A stretch of 45,986 bases of DNA from a virus (taxonomy: Duplodnaviria; Caudoviricetes). A program made the translations under genes and the position numbers. The notes under the pieces are model-generated. The model did not search any database. It was not told where the DNA came from and saw nothing but the letters and a program-made list of their open reading frames with translations. The stretch spans positions 1-45,986 of the IMG/VR virus record IMGVR_UViG_3300015050_000968. One strand, given 5' to 3'. Shown in pieces: positions 43,401-45,986 of this stretch; within the stretch, counting starts at the first letter, position 1, and each line of letters starts with the position of its first letter.

Positions 43401-43948
43401 CCAACACCGATGACAACGCTCTCGTCGGCAACGGAGGTGACGCCGAACTGGTAGGTGCTGATCACCGGGACGCACGGCTCTGATGGCGACATGCCGATAA
43501 CGACGGGGTCGCCAGTCTCGAAGCTGTGCGCCGCGGCCGTGGTTACGTTATTGCCGGTGGCGATCCATGGTGTTGCAGCGTCGATGTTGGCCGGTGCCAC
43601 GTATTCGCGCGGCTTCTCATAGAGCAGCGTGCCGCCATCGGTGTGGAACCGGATGTAGCCGACCTCGATCGAGGAGACCGTGGCGCGGCCGAACTCGAGC
43701 GTGAAGGTGTCGCCCGTCGCGAACGTGAACGGCACCAGCTCCACGCGCTTGTTGAGCGCGCTGTCCTTGACCTCGCGCACCAGCCGGGTGCCCGGCCGGC
43801 GCACGAACGAGCCCTGAGGCTGGCTGATCGCGTTCTTCATCAGCGCGCACCCGGCCTGCACCGACGCGTCGTCGACGCGCGAATACATGTCGGGCGCCAT
43901 CTCGCCACCGGCGAAGGAACGCTGCAGCAGCTTCAGGTGTCGGCTCAT
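40424..43948 (-). CDS. Tail tubular protein B / nozzle (T7 gp12, P22 gp10-like) with multiple inserted modules (1174 aa)
   Basis: QRSFAGGEMAP, PQG.FVRRPGT, AQSNDV, FPGAVAYFEQR, AWHQH.T.G, YVDCG; true start is the ATG at 43948 (ATGA overlap). Confidence 0.9.
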   Translation of the reverse strand: MSRHLKLLQRSFAGGEMAPDMYSRVDDASVQAGCALMKNAISQPQGSFVRRPGTRLVREVKDSALNKRVELVPFTFATGDTFTLEFGRATVSSIEVGYIRFHTDGGTLLYEKPREYVAPANIDAATPWIATGNNVTTAAAHSFETGDPVVIGMSPSEPCVPVISTYQFGVTSVADESVVIGVGAQVLFNVTNPAHSMPSGTIDGVALTLEAYRIYYVASVTTTYFTISESPGGSAFLISNIGGASLVTAVYPTIATGSLKLGTVYYARDTGGSTVALHNSEVEAITNYGAKTFDKIGTGSFRMQYAYESGNLVYVTGTGPHVCRKRPWITKGREGYCYNDDYLGHNPPAFLNYWTQISGSYSSVTADAGTNLITWATHGLASGDPIIFTTTGTMPDPLVSGTVYYVIKVDANTFYVSAAPFGVLIDLTTNGASVTAFANSFYEVPHDYSETEIAALGNAQSNDVMSLASQHKPFAELRRLSNTNWRLEQVPFRSDVDPPQGLACSSPFRGEAYQINITNLGADTDTVGNHLFSGGETVYVYGVSLAYNTGHYRIAESTAPNATRVYLEDLTTGAIVTPTQVDGPGYMQPSLSVVDTTNYYVVTSIDEAGVESGASGQITVTNNLYVQGAYNPLTWTDARGANRYRIYKKSIGVFGLIGETTTASFTDDNITPDLSIAPPIVGAELLKEGVVVLTQATGLCTAAGHGLENGMPIVFGTNCGSTYGLGLPTQIVEGTTYYVSGAGTDTFKVSTTPFGTPYDSFSLTPAGITTYRSGFFPGAVAYFEQRRCLAGSLSRPQDVWMTASGTESDLSYSIPTVDSDRILFRVATRDAAVVRHMVPLSHLMLMTSSSELRVTPVNDDALTPSSVSVRPQSYVGSSSVQPAIVNSTVVFAADRGGHVRELGYSQDVSGYLAGDLSLRARHLFDGLSVSRIAYQKAPVPVLWFPSSNGKLLGLTYVPEERVGAWHQHVTDGTFESVCSVPEDTEDRIYVAVKRGVKRYVERLAAQAEQVIADCFYVDCGVTYSGAATTTLQAPHLAGETVSFLADGIAGSATVSGAGVLTIPTAATKVHYGLPFVTEVQTMPMAMQVDAFGSGKTKNINSIWLRVLASGAFQAGPTSTNFVTAPRPSAGQLLTALVEVMLPAAWSDEGQIYIRQSNPLPLTVAGLTIEVATGG

Positions 43949-45986
43949 CGGTCCTGCATGTGGCTGGGGATCTGATCGAACGGACGAACTGGGGACTGCT
44001 GCTGCGCATCGCTCGAGGCGGCGAGCGCCGCGGCGGCAGATGCCTTCTTCATGCACCGATCTGCGACGGCTTCGCCCTGGTCGCCCTTGATGGTGGCGCT
44101 GGCCAGCAGCGAGGCGAGATACCAGCCCCACGCCGTGAGGAACGCTGGCGGGCAGACGTCGGGGTCGAGCACGCGGCGCACGTAGCGCAGCGTCGCCTGG
44201 GCTTGGTTGGTGTAGAGCAGGCGGCCGCCGAGCGGCGACTGCTCGAGGATGTAGCGCGCGCCCTCGGGCTCCTTCTCGGAGCCGCCGTTGGTCTCGTCCT
44301 GCGGTTCGGCCTGCCCGCCGTTGGTGATGAACTCGACCGAGTAGCCGGCCTCGAGCGTGCGGAAGATGTCGAACTCGGCGACGCCGTCGTAGGGCGGCAA
44401 CACCGCGAACGCGTTCAGCGCATCGAACGGCACCGCGTAGCAGTAGTCGAACTGGCTGGTGAGCGGGTTCGACTTGCGGTTCACGCGGGTCAGCGCGACG
44501 CGCTGCTTGGCGAACGACCACTGGCGCGCCTGCAGCAGGTTGTCGCGAGACTCCGGCAGGTAGATCCTGCAGAGCCCGGCCTGGGTCGAGCCGTCGTCGA
44601 GCGACGTGATCGCGGCCTGTCCGATGTGGCCGAGCGCGATGTTGCACAGGTTGATCACCGACGTCTGAGTCGTCAGCAGCGCGGTCGACCCGACGGCCAA
44701 CGTGCGATCGATCAGCGGCTCGAGCGCAGCACCAATGCGCGTGGCGCGCGCGGCCTCACCGGTGCCGTTGAAGTGGCCTGGATCGGTGAGGATGCGAGGC
44801 AGGTCGTCGCACTCGATGTAGTCGCCAAACCCGTCCGAGATGGCGTGGTCGACGATCGCGTCGTTCACCAGCTGCAGCACGTCGCCGTCGAACGTCTGGG
44901 TGATGCCGTAGTAGGTGTAGACGCCCTCGAGGCAGTAGGGGATCTGGCCGATCTTCGGTTGCAGGAACGGGATCTTCGCGCCGTTGCTGTAGGGGTTGAA
45001 GCCGAGTGTCGTGATCAGCGTGCGCACCGTGGTGACGAACGATCGCAGCGCCGTGCCGTAGGACGGCCGGGTGTGCTTGGCCAGCGCATCGGTCTCGCCC
45101 TGGCAGTGGACGTGGGCCAGCACGCGCAGTGTCTTGGTGTTGCCTTCGGCGACGAGCGCGTTGGGCGCGATCGTGGTCAGTAGCTTGGCCAGCCGCTGGT
45201 AGATCGATGTCGAGAGCACCGGCGCCCAGGTGAGGTGCTTCCGGTGATCCCACCAGCCAACGATGCCGTCGAACCCAAACAGGTTGTTGGTGTTCACCGG
45301 CGCGAGGCCGCTCGCGTTGACCGACAGCATGACGACGTTGACCCGCTTCCCGATCGCAGCCGAGAGCCTCGACGCCACGATCAGCATGCTGCCGAACTGG
45401 TCGCCGTAGTTGGTCGCCGCCGCACCGCGCGGGCGGTTTCTGATCACTGCCCCACGACCGAACGCGGCCCCCTTGTAGCAGGGCTGCATGTCGTTGTTCG
45501 GGTAGGTGAATCCCTCGCCCGCGGTGTAGGAGTGCGGGTTGTCGAGGAAGTGTGGGACCCACGCCGTGTAGCGCTTCACCTTGGCCGCGCCGCCGCTGTC
45601 GGGGATAGACCCCGCCCCGCCCCAGGACCCCGTGACAAAGGTCAGCGTCGTCGACCCGACGATGGTCGCCCAGCTGCGCTTCATCACGCCAGCGTCTTCC
45701 CAATCCACAATCAGCCGCCCACCGTTCAGCGCGTTCCTGCAGTAGGTCATCACCACGGTCGGAGTGCCCACGCCGGCGAAGCTGATTACTGCCCCACCGC
45801 TGGTCGCGGAGACGCTGAAGGTCCCACTGGACAGGATTGCCTGCACGTAGTAGGTCACCCCGGCAGTCAGTTCGGCCGGCAGCGTGCCGCCGGACAAAGA
45901 GAATCGGACCGGCTCACCAACCGCGAGACCGTGAGATGCGAGGTTGACGATGCCAATGGGCGTGCCAGCGGTGAACGTGACCGTCG
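43945..45986 (-). CDS. 3' part of SGNH/SASA esterase-tail tubular protein A (adaptor) fusion
   Basis: QGETD (45088-45102) and DPGH (44773-44784) SGNH motifs; C-terminal INLCNIALGHIG..AITSLDD...W.FA..R..L adaptor domain. Confidence 0.85.
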   Translation of the reverse strand, partial: TVTFTAGTPIGIVNLASHGLAVGEPVRFSLSGGTLPAELTAGVTYYVQAILSSGTFSVSATSGGAVISFAGVGTPTVVMTYCRNALNGGRLIVDWEDAGVMKRSWATIVGSTTLTFVTGSWGGAGSIPDSGGAAKVKRYTAWVPHFLDNPHSYTAGEGFTYPNNDMQPCYKGAAFGRGAVIRNRPRGAAATNYGDQFGSMLIVASRLSAAIGKRVNVVMLSVNASGLAPVNTNNLFGFDGIVGWWDHRKHLTWAPVLSTSIYQRLAKLLTTIAPNALVAEGNTKTLRVLAHVHCQGETDALAKHTRPSYGTALRSFVTTVRTLITTLGFNPYSNGAKIPFLQPKIGQIPYCLEGVYTYYGITQTFDGDVLQLVNDAIVDHAISDGFGDYIECDDLPRILTDPGHFNGTGEAARATRIGAALEPLIDRTLAVGSTALLTTQTSVINLCNIALGHIGQAAITSLDDGSTQAGLCRIYLPESRDNLLQARQWSFAKQRVALTRVNRKSNPLTSQFDYCYAVPFDALNAFAVLPPYDGVAEFDIFRTLEAGYSVEFITNGGQAEPQDETNGGSEKEPEGARYILEQSPLGGRLLYTNQAQATLRYVRRVLDPDVCPPAFLTAWGWYLASLLASATIKGDQGEAVADRCMKKASAAAALAASSDAQQQSPVRPFDQIPSHMQDR
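45864..45986. repeat. Direct terminal repeat, identical to 1-123
   Basis: Exact match. Confidence 0.95.

Noticed and set aside
43949-44647. N-terminal extension of the nozzle ORF given in the track
   Set aside because: It overlaps the adaptor gene out of frame; the conserved nozzle N-terminus starts at the ATGA-coupled ATG 43948
45864-45986. 123-bp terminal repeat as a biological T7-like DTR
   Set aside because: It falls in the middle of a coding sequence and is best explained as assembler overlap of a circular or permuted genome
1-45986. Diversity-generating retroelement as in BPP-1
   Set aside because: No reverse transcriptase (YxDD) gene, no Avd-like gene and no TR/VR repeat pair differing at adenines was seen
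1-45986. tRNA/rRNA genes and IS elements
   Set aside because: Intergenic space is minimal and no cloverleaf or transposase motifs were recognised; tRNAscan-SE would be decisive
1-45986. Frequent TCGA/GATC-containing sites as a methylation or anti-restriction signal; host assignment
   Set aside because: Explainable by high-GC codon usage (CTC GAG, GTC GAC, ATC); not quantified, no methyltransferase seen, and the host cannot be determined from the sequence alone

Overview
The window is an apparently complete, circularly assembled, GC-rich podovirus genome of about 45,863 bp. Bases 1-123 are repeated exactly at 45864-45986, and a gene reads through that junction. The head and tail genes resemble the Bordetella phage BPP-1/T7-type podovirus plan: terminase, portal, Bbp19-like protein, scaffold, Bbp17-like capsid, two Bbp16-like cement proteins, tail adaptor and nozzle, and three ejection proteins. 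There is also a replication/recombination block (Sak4-like ATPase, DUF669 SSB, Cas4-like nuclease, SF2 helicase, prim-pol/AAA helicase, RusA-like resolvase). Almost every gene lies on the minus strand with ATGA/GTGA coupling. The single plus-strand gene is a Cro/CI-type HTH at a divergent promoter. I could not recognise an integrase, DNA polymerase, reverse transcriptase/DGR, endolysin or RNA gene. Four features stand out. (1) A small twin-arginine-signal protein beside the terminase appears to be built from three scrambled pieces of the phage's own capsid protein, and is a candidate capsid decoy. (2) A ~2,955-aa polyvalent ejection protein carries ART-like, glycosylase-like, SAM-lyase-like and HExxH modules, plus a codon-optimised out-of-frame gene nested inside it with its own Shine-Dalgarno site. 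(3) The tail adaptor is fused to a split SGNH/SASA-type esterase that the ORF track truncates at the origin. (4) One beta-rich 'HG(L/F)xxGxxV...TYYV' module is inserted repeatedly into the cement, adaptor and nozzle proteins. All family assignments come from motif recognition by eye; no database searches were run.
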